Part shown: in pieces, positions 38,401 to 49,524 of the stretch
How the letters are laid out: each line of letters starts with the position of its first letter
Position numbering within the stretch: the first letter of the stretch is position 1
IMG/VR virus record: IMGVR_UViG_2974592265_000001
Location: 24,404-88,403 of that record
Reading direction: 5' to 3' (one strand)
DNA from: a virus
Lineage: Duplodnaviria > Caudoviricetes
Length of the DNA: 64,000 nt
The notes under the pieces: generated by a model
The model's database searches: none
Seen by the model: the letters and a program-made list of their open reading frames with translations, nothing else
Told to the model about the DNA's origin: nothing
Made by a program: the position numbers and the translations under genes

Positions 38401-38575
38401 TCTGCTCGTGCATCATCAGCGCTTCAGCGTTGTGATTGACGGCGATGTCAGGGGAGAAGCCGAGGCCTTGGGCGATACCGGTAGAGGCACCGCCGCCACC
38501 GGCGAAGTTGTCGGCGACCAGGCCGCCGAGCCAGCGGTAGTTGGCAGGCATGGGGTACGAGTTGATGTCACGCAT
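35432..38575 (-). CDS. C5 cytosine DNA methyltransferase containing an intein
   Basis: DNFAGGGGAS (motif I), FSPD|C (motif IV, split by the intein), MENVKE (VI), PTTRNRFF (VIII), RMLEPHELYRCQGFP (IX), VGNSVPP (X). Likely start ATG 38575 after an AAGGA RBS. Confidence 0.93.
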   Translation of the reverse strand: MRDINSYPMPANYRWLGGLVADNFAGGGGASTGIAQGLGFSPDIAVNHNAEALMMHEQNHPTTKHYNESVWDINIPEALNGQPALMGWFSPDCFPASTLVLTSEGYQAIDNVAVGQLVWTHNNRWKKVTKVMTAVKPLLQIRGYGHPGLQVSSEHPFYVRRGKKAETSEWITAGQLTRNDYWATPTDFSTSNLSIPQVGGRGMEISHELLWLAGYYAGNGWSRLGNERAELVLTTHNDKADGLVSKLRHWCPVSGGRCGYNELAWHRRNTRTATQLSTNHKGLVEWLRDNVGHRAENKAVPAWLLGLDETCRQRFLDGYMEADGYFRDGLWQADSVGKKLIFGIKALASSLGKSVLVYKAKPRAVNQIEGRDVTCQPIWSVRWRNEVDAAHQQSWRDEGMEWGAVKEVTELDEPVQVFNLSVEDDESYVVEGIVVHNCTHFSVAKGGKPVKKAIRGLAWIVKKWVGQADMAMVFMENVKEFLTWGPLIAKRCKTTKRVIKLVADPVKKDKNGDPVMNEVVSEPGEYVPYWEQALVPDKKRAGQTFKQFVKQLRAAGYTVEWKEKGLNACDYGDPTTRNRFFLMARKDGLPIIWPEPTHADKKFLKANPGKLQPWKTAGDNLDFSLACPSIFDRKKPLADKTMARIFKGIEKFVIGAGDEAFLVKTNHGGSDFRGQSLDDPIATLTSKHGTGLAAVSLSKFNQNSIGQSANAPLDTVMAGATRFALVEAELQSAAAIMKFRGESGGTSCNAPLPTITAGGGAARPAGAPHALGVLQAQLEPVQASFVATIDHTSTKDTSQSLDQPLSTVVSKARHIQVAALLKHYTGVVGQTLDKPLPTITATDHNAVMEATLAPTEVEHDLDEAIHAAHIQRDFGNSVGHAADEPLGVITAGGGGKSALVASSLVKLKGTCQHGQSLDRPLDTIGAQGNHYAAVQAFLIKFYGTGGAVSCDEPLDTITSKARFGLVTFKGQEYQIVDIGMRMLEPHELYRCQGFPADYQHEVVMGKKLPKHAQVRMVGNSVPPGLARALVSANIPRWALERDMAETA
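37265..38299 (-). mobile_element. Intein (345 aa) with a LAGLIDADG homing endonuclease
   Basis: Starts CFPASTLVLTSEG and ends FNLSVEDDESYVVEGIVVHN, followed by Cys; internal LLWLAGYYAGNG and FLDGYMEADG blocks; more AT-rich codon usage than the extein. Confidence 0.95.
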
Positions 38576-38617
38576 CAAGAAATCCTTAGGCGCCACGGGG
38601 CGTCCTTGTCGTGTGGG

Positions 38618-40543
38618 TTACAGGCCGGACTCTTTGAGCCAGACAATTACTACTTCACGGATTACTTCTTCACTACATGGGTACTCAAGCAGTATTTCCA
38701 CCAGCATGTCAGCCAACGACCCTCTGGCTGTACTCTCCAGCCGATCCAGCCAGGCTGCCCCGTCGAAGTCGTCAGGTGCCTGGCGGTGCATCTGGGCCAC
38801 AAACTCCAGCGCCTTCATGGCCGCCGGGTAGAACAAACCGATCTCACCTACGTCGACCCGGAAGACCTCGCCTTCTGGCAGACGGTCTTCCATCTCGTTG
38901 CACGCTGACAGAGCCGTAATCAGGATCACTTTGTCGATGTCATCGACCTTGCATTGGTTATGGATCACGCTGCACCTCATTGTTTCAGGCACGCAGATAC
39001 CTCGCCAAGTGGCGAAGTATCCTATGCGAGGGATTTGATTGCTAGGGATTATTTCTAGGTCAATCGTCTTCGGGGTCTTGCCCGTCGTCAATCATGCTGA
39101 AGAAGCCGCACTTGTTGCCGTTGACGTCGCGCACCGGGGTGTTGCCTTCGGGGAAGTCCCCGTCCTCGATGCGCTTGGCCACTTCCCGCAGGATGCGGGC
39201 AATTTCGGTGGCAGGCTCGTCGGCAAAGGCCGCGTTGTTGTTGCTGTCGATGCTGAAGTGAATGCTGACGGTCATAGCCGACTCCAAGGTATTTTGTCTT
39301 CACGCGGGGGCGCTGCAGGTCCCGAGCTCAATTGCTACTCGCTCGGTATTCATCACAGGCTTCCATCAGTTTTTCAAAGGCCTTGTACACGTTGCCGTCG
39401 TACACCTGGGCCGGGTGAACGGTGATGCCGGAGGTCCGGCTTATCCACACCACCATGGACATCTCGCCCGACTCAGCGTGCTTGACGTAGGCGCTGACCA
39501 CGGTGGACGGATCGAACATGCAGCCATCACCCAGCCGCACCAGCGGCGTCTTGACTACCGAGGCGGGTTGGCTGCCCATCCGGCTCTTCGGAGTGGTCGG
39601 CGGCCTGTCACCGGGTTGGCTGAGTGGCTTGCGCTTGGGGTACTTAGGAGGGCGGGGCTCGGTCATTTGAGCCCCTTCCTGATCATGTAGATCAGGTACA
39701 CGGTGGCAGCGAGGCAGGAGATCGTGGCGGAGGTCCAGGTCACGCTCAAGGCTTCCTCCGGCGGCAAGGCCAGGAAGGCGCCTACTGAGACCACCAGGTG
39801 GATGAGGAAGATCAGGAAGTAGATCATTTGTAGAACCTCGCCTTGGGGAAGCCCTTCAGGACCTGCTGCTTAGCGGCACGGCGAGTCACGGCACGGATGA
39901 ACATCTCGATGTGCACCACCTCGTCGCCGACGTCGGCGTAATACCAGGCGCGGTACATCCAGCCGGTCAGCGAGGTAGGAGCACCCCAGTAGGCACCGCC
40001 GGTGTCGTAGCAGTAATCGACCATCTTCATCAGGTTGAGGTGGAGGGTGCCGGTGAAGTTCGCCGGCGCCTCGAGAATATTGCGGCGACCCATGGGGGCG
40101 CCTCGTGCACAGCTGACGTCAGAGAGCTTGGTAGGCGTCTTCGACTTCGGGTAGCACAGGTCAACGGTATCGGTCATGTCAGCTCCGAGGAACGGGGGTA
40201 GGATCGCTTTCTGGCAGCGCGATCACTGCGTGGTTGTAGGTCGGAAAGCCGCACTGCTGCGCGGCCTGTTCGAGGGACTTCTGGTAGGGCAGCTTCTCGC
40301 CCTGATCCCGCGCCGCACGGCGCAGGTTCTGGGCGATCTTCTTGACCCGGGCCAACGATCGGGGTTGTTCGGTCATGCTTGGGCTCTCAGTAGCCGCAGT
40401 GCCTTGGCGCTGTAGCTGGCGGTTTCTTTGCGGAACTGGTCGTACTCCGTCGCGGTGACCTCAACCCACCGAGGCGGTGGAGTCGGGTCGGTAGCGCCGA
40501 TGGTACGGACCAGCCTGCGTTGATGGTCAACGAAAAAGCGCAT
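38618..40543 (-). other. Small hypothetical ORFs (38618-39091, 39060-39275, 39328-39666, 39663-39827 two-TM peptide, 39824-40177, 40179-40376, 40373-40543)
   Basis: Coupled starts and stops. 40179-40376 (KKIAQNLRRAA...YQKSLEQAAQQCGFPTYN) resembles the small helical 'glyoxalase superfamily' N-terminal domain. Confidence 0.6.
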
Positions 40544-40693
40544 TCACTTACTTCCTTGCCGGTCCAGGTACTCTTCCAGAGCTTTAGTCAGCAGGTGTGA
40601 GGCCTGCTGTCCCGTCTGCTGCAGGTGATGCTCCAGCCGCTGGCGCAGCGCTTCCGGCAGCCTGGCTGACACTGTTCGATTCTTCTTTTGCAC
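40544..40693 (-). CDS. Ribbon-helix-helix (CopG/Arc-like) DNA-binding protein, 49 aa, absent from the ORF track
   Basis: GTG start with GGAGG RBS; MQKKNRTVSARLPEALRQRLEHHLQQTGQQASHLLTKALEEYLDRQGSK; its TGA abuts the next ATG. Confidence 0.75.
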   Translation of the reverse strand: MQKKNRTVSARLPEALRQRLEHHLQQTGQQASHLLTKALEEYLDRQGSK

Positions 40694-42877
40694 TGTCCAC
40701 CCCTCCATCGTTGTCGGCGGAGTAGTCGCCGTAGTATTTGCCGCCGTAGAACAACATGTCCCCTACATAGGGCACCAGCAGCTCGTCCCAGGTGTTGTCC
40801 GGCTTGTAGTTGATGACCTTGGCACCGACCCCTTCGACGAAGAGGATGGCGTCACCCTTGGGCACCACATGGCCTTCGATGCTGTCCGCGTCGAACCCGA
40901 AGTCGTCCATGTCCTGCGCCGGGTCGTCACGGCCATGGGTCAGGCCCAGCGACAGCTTGTGACCCATGCACTCCGTGGTGATCAGGACGGTTTCCGGTGG
41001 GCGGCCGATCTCGATCATCGGGTCCTCACCGCTGGTGCCGATGCGCATGTTACCGCCGTAGGTGAAGGCAGCGTATCCCCCAACCTTGAGATGGATTCGC
41101 GCGGCAGCTTGTACGCTGTTAAAGAGGTTGCAGCTGGCTTGTACACTCATGATTTATCTCGCTTTTTGGCAAATTTACCGATGATTTGTTTGGCGGCGAT
41201 CACACTCTTCACTCGCCGCGCCTTGTCACCTTCGTAGCACTGCACGCTGACTTCCTCGCACTTCTGGGTGCGGTTGTGGCATGTGTGAATGAAGCCGCCC
41301 TTGTAGCCGAAGGTGTGGAACGTGTCTTTATCGTCCATCACTCCTCCTCCTTGGTCAGGATCAGGCTGACCCCATGCCGGCTGCCGGCCAGGCCGTCGTT
41401 GCACAGTTCACAGTCACAGCTGCTGAACTCGTCGTAGCCGTTGCCTTCCTCGTCGTCCTCGGTAGGCTCAACACCGGTGGTCCAGTAGCCGTCGCGGTCA
41501 CCCCGCTCGGAGATCATCCGCTGCTCCAGGTGGTCGTCGTCGGCTTCCGAGGTGTGATCACTGTGACCGTGGGCTACCACGGTGAAGCAGTCCTCGCAGA
41601 CGCTGTACTCGATGCGGTCAATGATGGCCATAACCTGTCTCCTTCAACGCTCGTTTGATTTCCCCGACCAGATCCGGCATCACGCCGCACTCCGGCTTGG
41701 TCAGGCGCACCAGCATGGCTTCCATGCGGCTGGCCCGGCAGAACGGACAGAGTGTGCCTTCAGGGTGTTTGAGGTGCCGATCACACATGCCGTAGTAGGG
41801 CGGCGGTTCTGGGGCGGTGAAGCGGTGTACGCCGGTGCAGTCCACGTTGTTGTCGCGGGCCAGGGCGTAGAGCTCAGCGTCGGTGGCCGAGGTGGCTTGG
41901 CGCTGCTTGCCGCTGAGGTGGTCGTTCAGCTGCTCCAGCGTCTTGATGTCGTAGAGCAGGTCGAACACGTAGGGGAGGGCGGTGTAGCTCATGAGAACAC
42001 CTGCCCGACGACCAGCTCTTCGCCGTTGGGGCTGATACTGACCACCACCGCGTGGAACGCCGACTGGCCGCTGATTCCGCTCCAGCCGGCTTTGTCCAGC
42101 GCGCCGTCCTTCTGCGTGACCATGAACTCCTGGATGTCCCAGACGCTCCCCTTGAACTCGAAGAACGAGCCGTCGTCGATCTCCTCGGCGGTCTTGTAGT
42201 CGAACTCTTTACGCTGCTCATCCGTGAGGAGGCAACCGCTGAACAGCTCACGCGGCACCAGGTTGGTCTTCACGACCGTCCCGTCACTCAAATTTTTCTT
42301 GGGCATGATTCACTCCAGTAGTTTGCTTTGTCGCCGTATCAGGGAGATGTTTTCATCACTTTGGTAGCAGACCAGCGCAATGGAGCCGAGCAGTTCGTAA
42401 TACGAGCGCTCGGCTATGCGCTTTCCGTTGTAGGGATTTCGGCCGCGCAGGTCCTCGTGGGTGAGGACGACGCAGCCTGGCTCCCATGGGTCGTCATGAT
42501 CTCTTGCCATTCCTCTACGCTCCGGCGGGTGATCATCGGCGTCAGCCGCTTGCGGTCCCGCAATTTCATTGCCGCCTTGAACTTCTCGCACTCACCGACG
42601 CGGCCTTGGTAGATCTCGACCCAGGCCCCGTCGGCGTTGCGCACCATGACGCGGTGTTGTTTGTACTTCATCCATCCCCCTCAAGTTCGCTGCGCAGGCG
42701 CTTCACTTCGTTGTCGACGCTGTCCAGCAGCGCCTTCTCGTTGTCGAACGCCTCCGGGTAAGTCTCCTCGGCGGTATTGACACAGATGCGGAACATGTCG
42801 CTGAGGCGGGACAGGCAGTCGATGGCCTCGTCTGCGATCCGCTCGGCGTTGGCCAGGGCCTTGGTTTGCTTGCTCAT
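40584..42877 (-). other. Small hypothetical ORFs (40584-41150, 41147-41338, 41338-41631, 41618-41992, 41989-42306, 42414-42671, 42668-42877)
   Basis: Tight head-to-tail packing on the - strand. Confidence 0.6.
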
Positions 42878-43548
42878 ACCCGGTTGCCCTCCTCGTCGAA
42901 CTCGACCTCGTCAGCGATCAGCGATTCCTTCAGTTGCTCCTCGCTGGTCAGGTATTCGTACTCCTTCTCCAGCCTGGCGTAGATCCAGTCCATGAAGTCG
43001 CGGAGCAGCTGCTTGATCAGCTCCTCGTCTTCCCCGAGGTCGCGGTACTGGTCGTCGCTGTGTGTCACCTCGATGTGGGTGCAGCCGCTGTGGTTGTAGT
43101 GACCGCGCTGTTTGACATCCGCTTCCAGCTTGTAGAAGTGCCGGCTCTGCACGTCCTGCAGCCCACGGCAGATGGCGTGCAGCTCGACGTTGCCTTCGAC
43201 ATCGACCCACTGCTTGGTCTCGGTGTTCTTGTAGCGGGCTGGCGCCTCGGACTTCAGGGCTTTCAGGGCGCCCTTCCTGTAGCGGTAGGTGCCTTCAAAG
43301 CAGGCGCCGTCACCCTGGCTGCTGAAGCCGCTGAACCAGATGGCTGGCTGGGGGTTGCTGCCGCGGCGGTTCTCGATCTCGATGCCCATGACGGCAGCCA
43401 TCATCACGGCGTCGTCATAGGTGGAGTCCCACCACTCATGGTCCACGTTGCGTTCGTAGTTCTTCTCCAGGGCGTGGGCCTGGGCCTTCTCGCTGAGCTG
43501 GTCGAACTTGAACACGGGTGTTTCGATGGTGCGGTGTGAAAGTCCCAT
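42874..43548 (-). CDS. Member of a widespread phage/ICE family often labelled 'antitoxin of toxin-antitoxin stability system' (function unverified)
   Basis: TIETPVFKFDQLS...IWFSGFSSQGDGACFEG...LRDFMDWIYARLEKEYEYLTS pattern. Confidence 0.6.
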   Translation of the reverse strand: MGLSHRTIETPVFKFDQLSEKAQAHALEKNYERNVDHEWWDSTYDDAVMMAAVMGIEIENRRGSNPQPAIWFSGFSSQGDGACFEGTYRYRKGALKALKSEAPARYKNTETKQWVDVEGNVELHAICRGLQDVQSRHFYKLEADVKQRGHYNHSGCTHIEVTHSDDQYRDLGEDEELIKQLLRDFMDWIYARLEKEYEYLTSEEQLKESLIADEVEFDEEGNRV

Positions 43549-43617
43549 AGGTGTCTCCGTTGTGCTGTTTCAGATGGCTCAAGTGACAAGGCTCTGTTTC
43601 CAGAGCCCTGCCTTGAA

Positions 43618-43785
43618 TCAACTGCGCTTCTTAATGATCCTGCGGATCTTCCAGCTGAGGACGATCCAGAAGATCGCCACCAGCCCAACCAGCACGAAGA
43701 GCGAAGGCACCTTCGTGGCCAGGTAGACCAGGCATACAAACGCTATAAAGGCGCAGGTCGAGAAGAGCCAGAGGATCCGGGGCAT
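43618..43785 (-). CDS. 55-aa two-TM membrane protein, absent from the ORF track
   Basis: ATG overlaps the TAXI stop (TGATG); MPRILWLFSTCAFIAFVCLVYLATKVPSLFVLVGLVAIFWIVLSWKIRRIIKKRS. Confidence 0.65.
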   Translation of the reverse strand: MPRILWLFSTCAFIAFVCLVYLATKVPSLFVLVGLVAIFWIVLSWKIRRIIKKRS

Positions 43786-44699
43786 CAGCGCACCACCTTG
43801 ACCGTGCTGTTGATGCCCTTGTCCACGGCGCGGCGCACCGCGGTGGTCTCGGCCTCATCCAGCCCGGTCAGGTAGGCGTTGTTGAAGACCACCTGAGCGC
43901 GGAGGCAGTAGGTCGACTGGTCGCTGACGCTGTTCGAACGCTCGAGCCCCGAGGTCTTGCCCTTGGGGATCTTGCAGTGGGTGTACAGCTCGTTGCCGTT
44001 GGCGTCTTTGGCGCTTTCGAACGAGTCATCGTTGACTTCACCGACGATCAGCTGACTGCCGAAGTCCGACGTGATGTCAGCTGGCAACATGCCGAGTCGG
44101 CCGATGTACAGCATGCCGGCGATGTCGACCCGCACCCCGCTGTCCATGGTGAAGCCCTGAGCGACGGCTTCGGCCGCGCTGTACCAGTCCTTGAACTCGA
44201 CCGGCACGGCGCCGGCGTAGTCCTTGTCGGTTTTGATCCAGTTGTTGAGGGTCACGGCTGCGCCGCTGCCTTTGACGGTAGCGAAGGCGTACTTCTTGGC
44301 CACCGCATCGTCTTCCATGTCGCCAAAGTCCTCGACCTTGCCGCCCTTGGGGAACAGCCAGTAGACCACCTCCTCGTGGGCATTGACCGCCTTGAACGAG
44401 GCGGGCATCGGCTGGGTGATCACCGCATCGGACTGGATGATGGCGATGTCGCAATCACCGGCCTTGAGCTTTTTGGCGTTGTCGACGCTGCCGCCGGTGG
44501 TCATCACCTTCAGCGTGTTGCCGATGTCGCCGGTGATCTTGCCACCGATGCTGGTGCCAAGGCCCTCGTAGAACCCGCCGACCCCGCCGGTGCAGAACTT
44601 CAGGGTGGGAGGCGGCGCGGCATATGCCAGGCAGGAGGCGAGGGAGAGGAAGGCGCTGAGGATCAGGCCGGTCCATCGGGATGACATGGTGTGTTTCAT
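43785..44699 (-). CDS. TAXI-family TRAP solute-binding (periplasmic) protein
   Basis: Signal peptide, then LKFCTGGVGGFY...VMTTGGSVDN..KL..G..DIAIIQSDA. Confidence 0.8.
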   Translation of the reverse strand: MKHTMSSRWTGLILSAFLSLASCLAYAAPPPTLKFCTGGVGGFYEGLGTSIGGKITGDIGNTLKVMTTGGSVDNAKKLKAGDCDIAIIQSDAVITQPMPASFKAVNAHEEVVYWLFPKGGKVEDFGDMEDDAVAKKYAFATVKGSGAAVTLNNWIKTDKDYAGAVPVEFKDWYSAAEAVAQGFTMDSGVRVDIAGMLYIGRLGMLPADITSDFGSQLIVGEVNDDSFESAKDANGNELYTHCKIPKGKTSGLERSNSVSDQSTYCLRAQVVFNNAYLTGLDEAETTAVRRAVDKGINSTVKVVR

Positions 44700-44763
44700 G
44701 GTGCTTCCTTTTCAGGTGGGGTTGCGGAAAAATTGGGATATTACTCGCTGGTTAGCGGGTTTA

Positions 44764-47700
44764 CTACCGGCGCAGGATGTGGATTTTGCCGTCGATGGTT
44801 TCCTGCATCACCTCGCCGTCGTAGAGCACCGGGATGGCCTTGGAGGGGCCACGTCGATGGCCTCGGCAATCTGAGACGGAGCTGACTTCGACGTGGTCAA
44901 TGGCCCGTTGCACCTCGACGCCTTCGATGACCACGAGCATGACCCGCGGTGCATCGTCCTCGTCGCAGGAGAACGGCACGTCGCCCATGGTGATGTAGGC
45001 CTTGGGCTCCCCTTCGCTGTTGTAGCGGCCGAGGAGGGCTTCGTCGGTGTTGTCCCCGTCCTTGAGCATCTGCCCGTCGCTGTCGGTCAGCAGCAGGTAG
45101 TCACCACTCGGCAGGTCCTTGCGCAACGCTCGGCAGCCGCCTCCAGTGTCGACCTCGACGAACCCGTAGTCGCGCGGGTCGGCGCTGAAGCGGGCACAGT
45201 CGGAGATGAACGGATGGCGGATCTCCATGCCGTCGTGCTCGAAGGCCAGCAGCCTGGCGTCGTAGGGGATGTTGAGGGTGGTGCCGCTGGGCAGGTAGAA
45301 CGTCATGGGGTTTTTCGATTTGTCAGTCATCGACCCTCCTGCGCATTGCGCTGGGCAACATAGTCAACGGCCTGTCGGAACAGGCCAACGAAATGGTCTT
45401 GCCACCGATGGGGCACCGCTGGGAGGACATTCACCACCCAGCGGCCTTTCTCGATGCGTATTTGGGGGCGGAAGCACGGCGGTATGCCTTCACCTCTCCA
45501 CCAAGCACACTTATCCCACTTGCGCAGGTCGTCTTCATCGGCCAAGCGTTGAATCCGCTCGATGCCGATGTAGGTAGTGCCGCCCATGCACTGGTCGCCG
45601 TGCCAGCCTCCTGCGTGAGGTTCATGCAGCTTGGCCAGCGCTGTGCTGCCATCCCCGTAGCGGACGATGTCTCCGGACATGTACTGATTAGCCATCGCCC
45701 ACCTCCTCCTCCAGCACCGCTTCGGTGGCTTCCACGTCCTTGATCTCGGTGTCCGGCTCGATGTGCCAGTCAGATGGATCGGAGGGGGAGCCGGCCGTGG
45801 CAAATGCCTTGGCCTGCTCCTCGTTTTCGGCCGTCACCGTGACTTGACGAAACATCACGGCGTTGGCCAGCAGGGTTACGTAATAGTCGGGCATACCGCC
45901 TCCTACGACTTGAACTCGGTGATGCCCAGGCCGTTCAGCGCGAAGACCACCAGCGCCACGATCAGGGCAATTTTCAGGATGGGTTTCACGCCGCCTCCTG
46001 ATTCTTGATGGCCGCTTCGATCTTTTCGATCAGCGCCGGGTGGGCAAAGAAGGTGTCCTGAAAGCGAATGATCTGATCGCTGGGCACCTGGGTGGTGACG
46101 TAGCGGACCTTCTTCAGCGGCTGCCATGGCAGGCTGAACAGGCGCTCCTTCCATGACCGGGGCACTTCCTCGGTCTTGGAATCGGTCATGGAAGGGGTGG
46201 CGATGATACGCACCCCGTTGAGCAGCTTGTGGGTTTGTTCTGCCATCATTCCTCTCTTAGCGCCCTGAGCGCTTCCTTCAGGTCGGCGACCAGCTGATCA
46301 GCCTCCGACGGGTGAATGCCCAGGGTGCCGCCGGTCTTGAACCGGATGATCACGCACGGGTCATTGATGTAGTTGGCGGTGACCACGACCCGCCGAGGCG
46401 TTTCGGTGTCACCGTGGATGGTCAACGTGCGGCCTTTCAGTTTGCACATGTCACACCTCTGTTTGGACTTTCTCCGGGCAGTCGTCATGGTGATGGGCTT
46501 GTCCGCACCAGACGCACTCCAGTTGGTTGTCGTCAATGTCGCGCACCGGCATGCCGTGGGCACACAGCAGTTCGGCGATGCCTTGTGCGGTGTCCGAATC
46601 CCACTCAGCCTTGTCCAGCTCCTTGTGTACCTCGGTCAGGCACTCCAGCAGTTCGGCGATGCGCTGCCACTGCTGGCGGTTGGGCATCGGCCCACCTTTG
46701 GCGACGCTGTCTGCCAGCTGCGCCAGGTAGGACGGGGAGAGCAGGATGGCCTCCGGCTCTTCCTTGGTGTCGTAGAGCTTGTGCACGTCGCTGAACGACG
46801 TGGATGTCTCGACCACCTTCTGGGTCGAGTCGTTGATGTAGAACTTCATGTGCCCTCCTCAGAGCGTCATCATTCCGCTGGCCATCCAACCCCAGCCCAC
46901 CGACACCATGATCAGCGAGCCGGTGCCGAGGACCACTATCAGTAGCGCACAGGCTACGTCCAACCAATGCTTCACGGGCCGATCTCCGGGTTGGGGTAGG
47001 AGAACACCAGGCACTCGATCACATAGGCCGAGTTGGTTGGCGGTGCCCACTGGCGATCGCCGTGGAACAGCTGCCAACCCTGCATCACGGCCTTGAGGGT
47101 CAGGGTGTCGCCGTTGTTCATCTGGATCTCGACGCCGTCGGCGATGTGGCCGCGCATCGAGTGGAACTCGTCCTGCTTAACTTTCGTTGTCATCGGGAAC
47201 CTCCGGGATTTCGTAGGTCTCCACCGGGAACGGCTGCTTGAGCAGGTGTCTCAGGTAGAACGCACCTTTCGCCGTGGTGGTGTAGACGTTGTTGTCGAGC
47301 CTGATCATGCCCGCAGTCACCAGACGGGAAGTCCCTTTGATGATCGCAGGGGCGTCAGCTCGGGGGTGGACATCCGGGCTGACGTGACAGTGGATCAGCA
47401 ACTCAAGGTCGTTAGGGGTTTGGATACAGGGCATTACACGTCACCTCCACAGCGGTGGAACAGTTGATGCCGCCACTTGAACATCCAGCTGCGGCCTTTG
47501 AGTTTGGTCATCACCTTGATGGTCGGGTAGGTGACGAAGAGGAACAGGGCGAGGACCGCCCAGTGCCTCATGCCCTCACTCCTTCAATTGTGTAGCCAAG
47601 GGAGGAGGCTGTCTCCAGCGCCTCCTTCTTGGTCCTACACCACGGCTGGACAAGGTCACATCCGTCGCGGTCCACAATCCTCCACGCGGTGGCGAACCAA

Positions 47701-48555
47701 GCGCGCTTGGTGGTGAACCGCTCCTGACTGTCTTTCTTCAGGAACGCTGGCTTGGTGGTCACACATCACCTCCCAGCAATTTCATCAGGGACGGGCTGCT
47801 CTTGACCAGCGGCGAATACTCCAGCTCCAGACGATTCCTCGGCCGGACATGGAGGACGCCGATCTGGAAGCCCAGCTCGGTGCTGGCGAACTCCACCACG
47901 TCGCCTTCCTCGCCGGTCTGCAGGGTCAGCTGCACGGCGCGGGGCATGGCGGTGTCCATCCAGCTGTAGTACCGGGTCCAGACCTTGTCCTTCTTGCGGC
48001 CCCGGTAGAGGGTGGCGGAAATACCTCGGCTCATGGCGCCTCCTCGAACTCGGCGCCGTAGCCTTTCAGGTAGACCTTGGCCTCAGACAGCGAGGCGAAG
48101 TGGCGGCCGGCGGTGCCGTTGCGGTAGGTCACCCATGGCAGCGTCTCGGACCAGTCCGGGTGGTAGGTGGTGCGATAGCGTTGGCACTTGCTGCGCACCG
48201 TCTCACCGAGCTTGCGCCCACCTTCGGTCAAGGCCCGTTCGATCCACACCACCAGCAGGGCATAAGCGATGCACTCGCTGGGGAACTTGTTGGTGGCGAA
48301 GGACTTGATCGACTCGTCCCCCTCGTCCTTGAAGGCACGCACCACCAGGCGGGTGAAGGCGTAATGCACGCCGTGGCTGATGAAGCGGGGATCACCCGGC
48401 TTCTCGATGCGCATGGCAAAGCTGTCATGCGCATCCTTCCAGCTGTTCAACGTCGCGTCGGCGATGTCGAAGCAATTGTTCAACATGAATGTGTCGCACT
48501 GGCCCGGCCAGTGGCCGTGCCGGCAGTCCAGTTCACGCAGTTGTTGTAGGTACAT
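44764..48555 (-). other. Chain of small hypothetical early ORFs (44764-45330, 45327-45695, 45688-45894, 45986-46249, 46246-46449, 46451-46849, 46972-47193, 47177-47434, 47568-47762, 47759-48034, 48031-48555)
   Basis: Co-oriented, coupled, with GGAGG RBSs; no family recognised. Confidence 0.6.
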
Positions 48556-49498
48556 GAGGTGCCTCCCAGACGAAACATCCGGTGGATTCGATGGCCGCCT
48601 TGAACTCGGCCACCATGGCCGGCAGACGCTCCTCCAGCAGGGCCGTCAGCTCGTCCTTGGGCAGCGACAGCTGCTCGTCGGTGGCGTCCGGCCAAATCCC
48701 GCAGCGGCGGGCGGCGTCGAAGTCGCGCTCCTTGCCCTCGCTGCGGCCGGTGACGATCTTGATCACCCTGATGTTGCCTTCATACTTCAGGATGGCCTCG
48801 CTGAACTCAGCGGCTTCCGCCCGGCTGTCGAACGGGCACTTGTACCAGTCATCGGTCCAGTCGTCGAAACTGTACTTCGGCGAGAACTTGTAATCAGTGC
48901 TGCCTGGCCGGGGGACGTAAGGCACCTCGACCACGTCGAAGTTCTTGCGCTGCGCATTGCTCTTCTGGGTGGTCGCGCGGTGCTCCAGCGCCGCCATCAG
49001 CCACGGCAGGAAGCCATGCTCCTTGACGCTGAAGGTGATCGGGAACTCGCCGAACTGCAGGCGCTCGGTCCAGCTGTTGGGCTCACCTTTGAGCCGGCCG
49101 CGGTGGTCCCGATTGGATGCGTGGAACACCGTGTTGGCCACGTAGTGCATCGGGCTGTCCGTGTCCATCAGGTGCCACTTGATCAGGTGCTTGAGTTCGG
49201 GGAAGACCTTCTCGATGGTGTCGTGGCAGCACCCGCCGAAGTCCCAGTCGCGTGACTTGAAGTGGTCGTACCAGCCGTGGCCGGTGATGGCGAAGCTGTT
49301 GTGGCCGTTCTTGCAGTTGTCGTCGAAGCGCACCTCGGCGTGCATCAGGATCTTTTCGCCCTTGATGGTCTTGGTGCGGCGTTCGCTGACCCACTTCTGG
49401 TGCATGAACAGGCCGGGTTTGCCGTCGCGGCTGTCTTTGCCCCACGGGATGACGGTGAGCGTGCCAGGCACGCCGCACAGGGTAGCTTTGGTTTCCAT
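48533..49498 (-). CDS. Hypothetical protein, long paralog of 49525-50052
   Basis: Shares FPELKHLIKWHL...PMHYVANT and AARRCGIWPDA...LEERLP blocks with its neighbour. Confidence 0.75.
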   Translation of the reverse strand: METKATLCGVPGTLTVIPWGKDSRDGKPGLFMHQKWVSERRTKTIKGEKILMHAEVRFDDNCKNGHNSFAITGHGWYDHFKSRDWDFGGCCHDTIEKVFPELKHLIKWHLMDTDSPMHYVANTVFHASNRDHRGRLKGEPNSWTERLQFGEFPITFSVKEHGFLPWLMAALEHRATTQKSNAQRKNFDVVEVPYVPRPGSTDYKFSPKYSFDDWTDDWYKCPFDSRAEAAEFSEAILKYEGNIRVIKIVTGRSEGKERDFDAARRCGIWPDATDEQLSLPKDELTALLEERLPAMVAEFKAAIESTGCFVWEAPHVPTTTA

Positions 49499-49524
49499 AG
49501 TCCTCAGTCCTCAGGATGGTGCGG

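Noticed and set aside
5966-38908. Long + strand ORFs opposite the - strand genes (e.g. 5966-7015, 10699-11856, 14591-15607, 25564-26919, 27312-28655)
   Set aside because: Antisense shadows of GC3-biased real genes; no RBS or family motifs.
42874-43548. Toxin-antitoxin module
   Set aside because: The family label is unverified and no recognisable toxin gene is adjacent.
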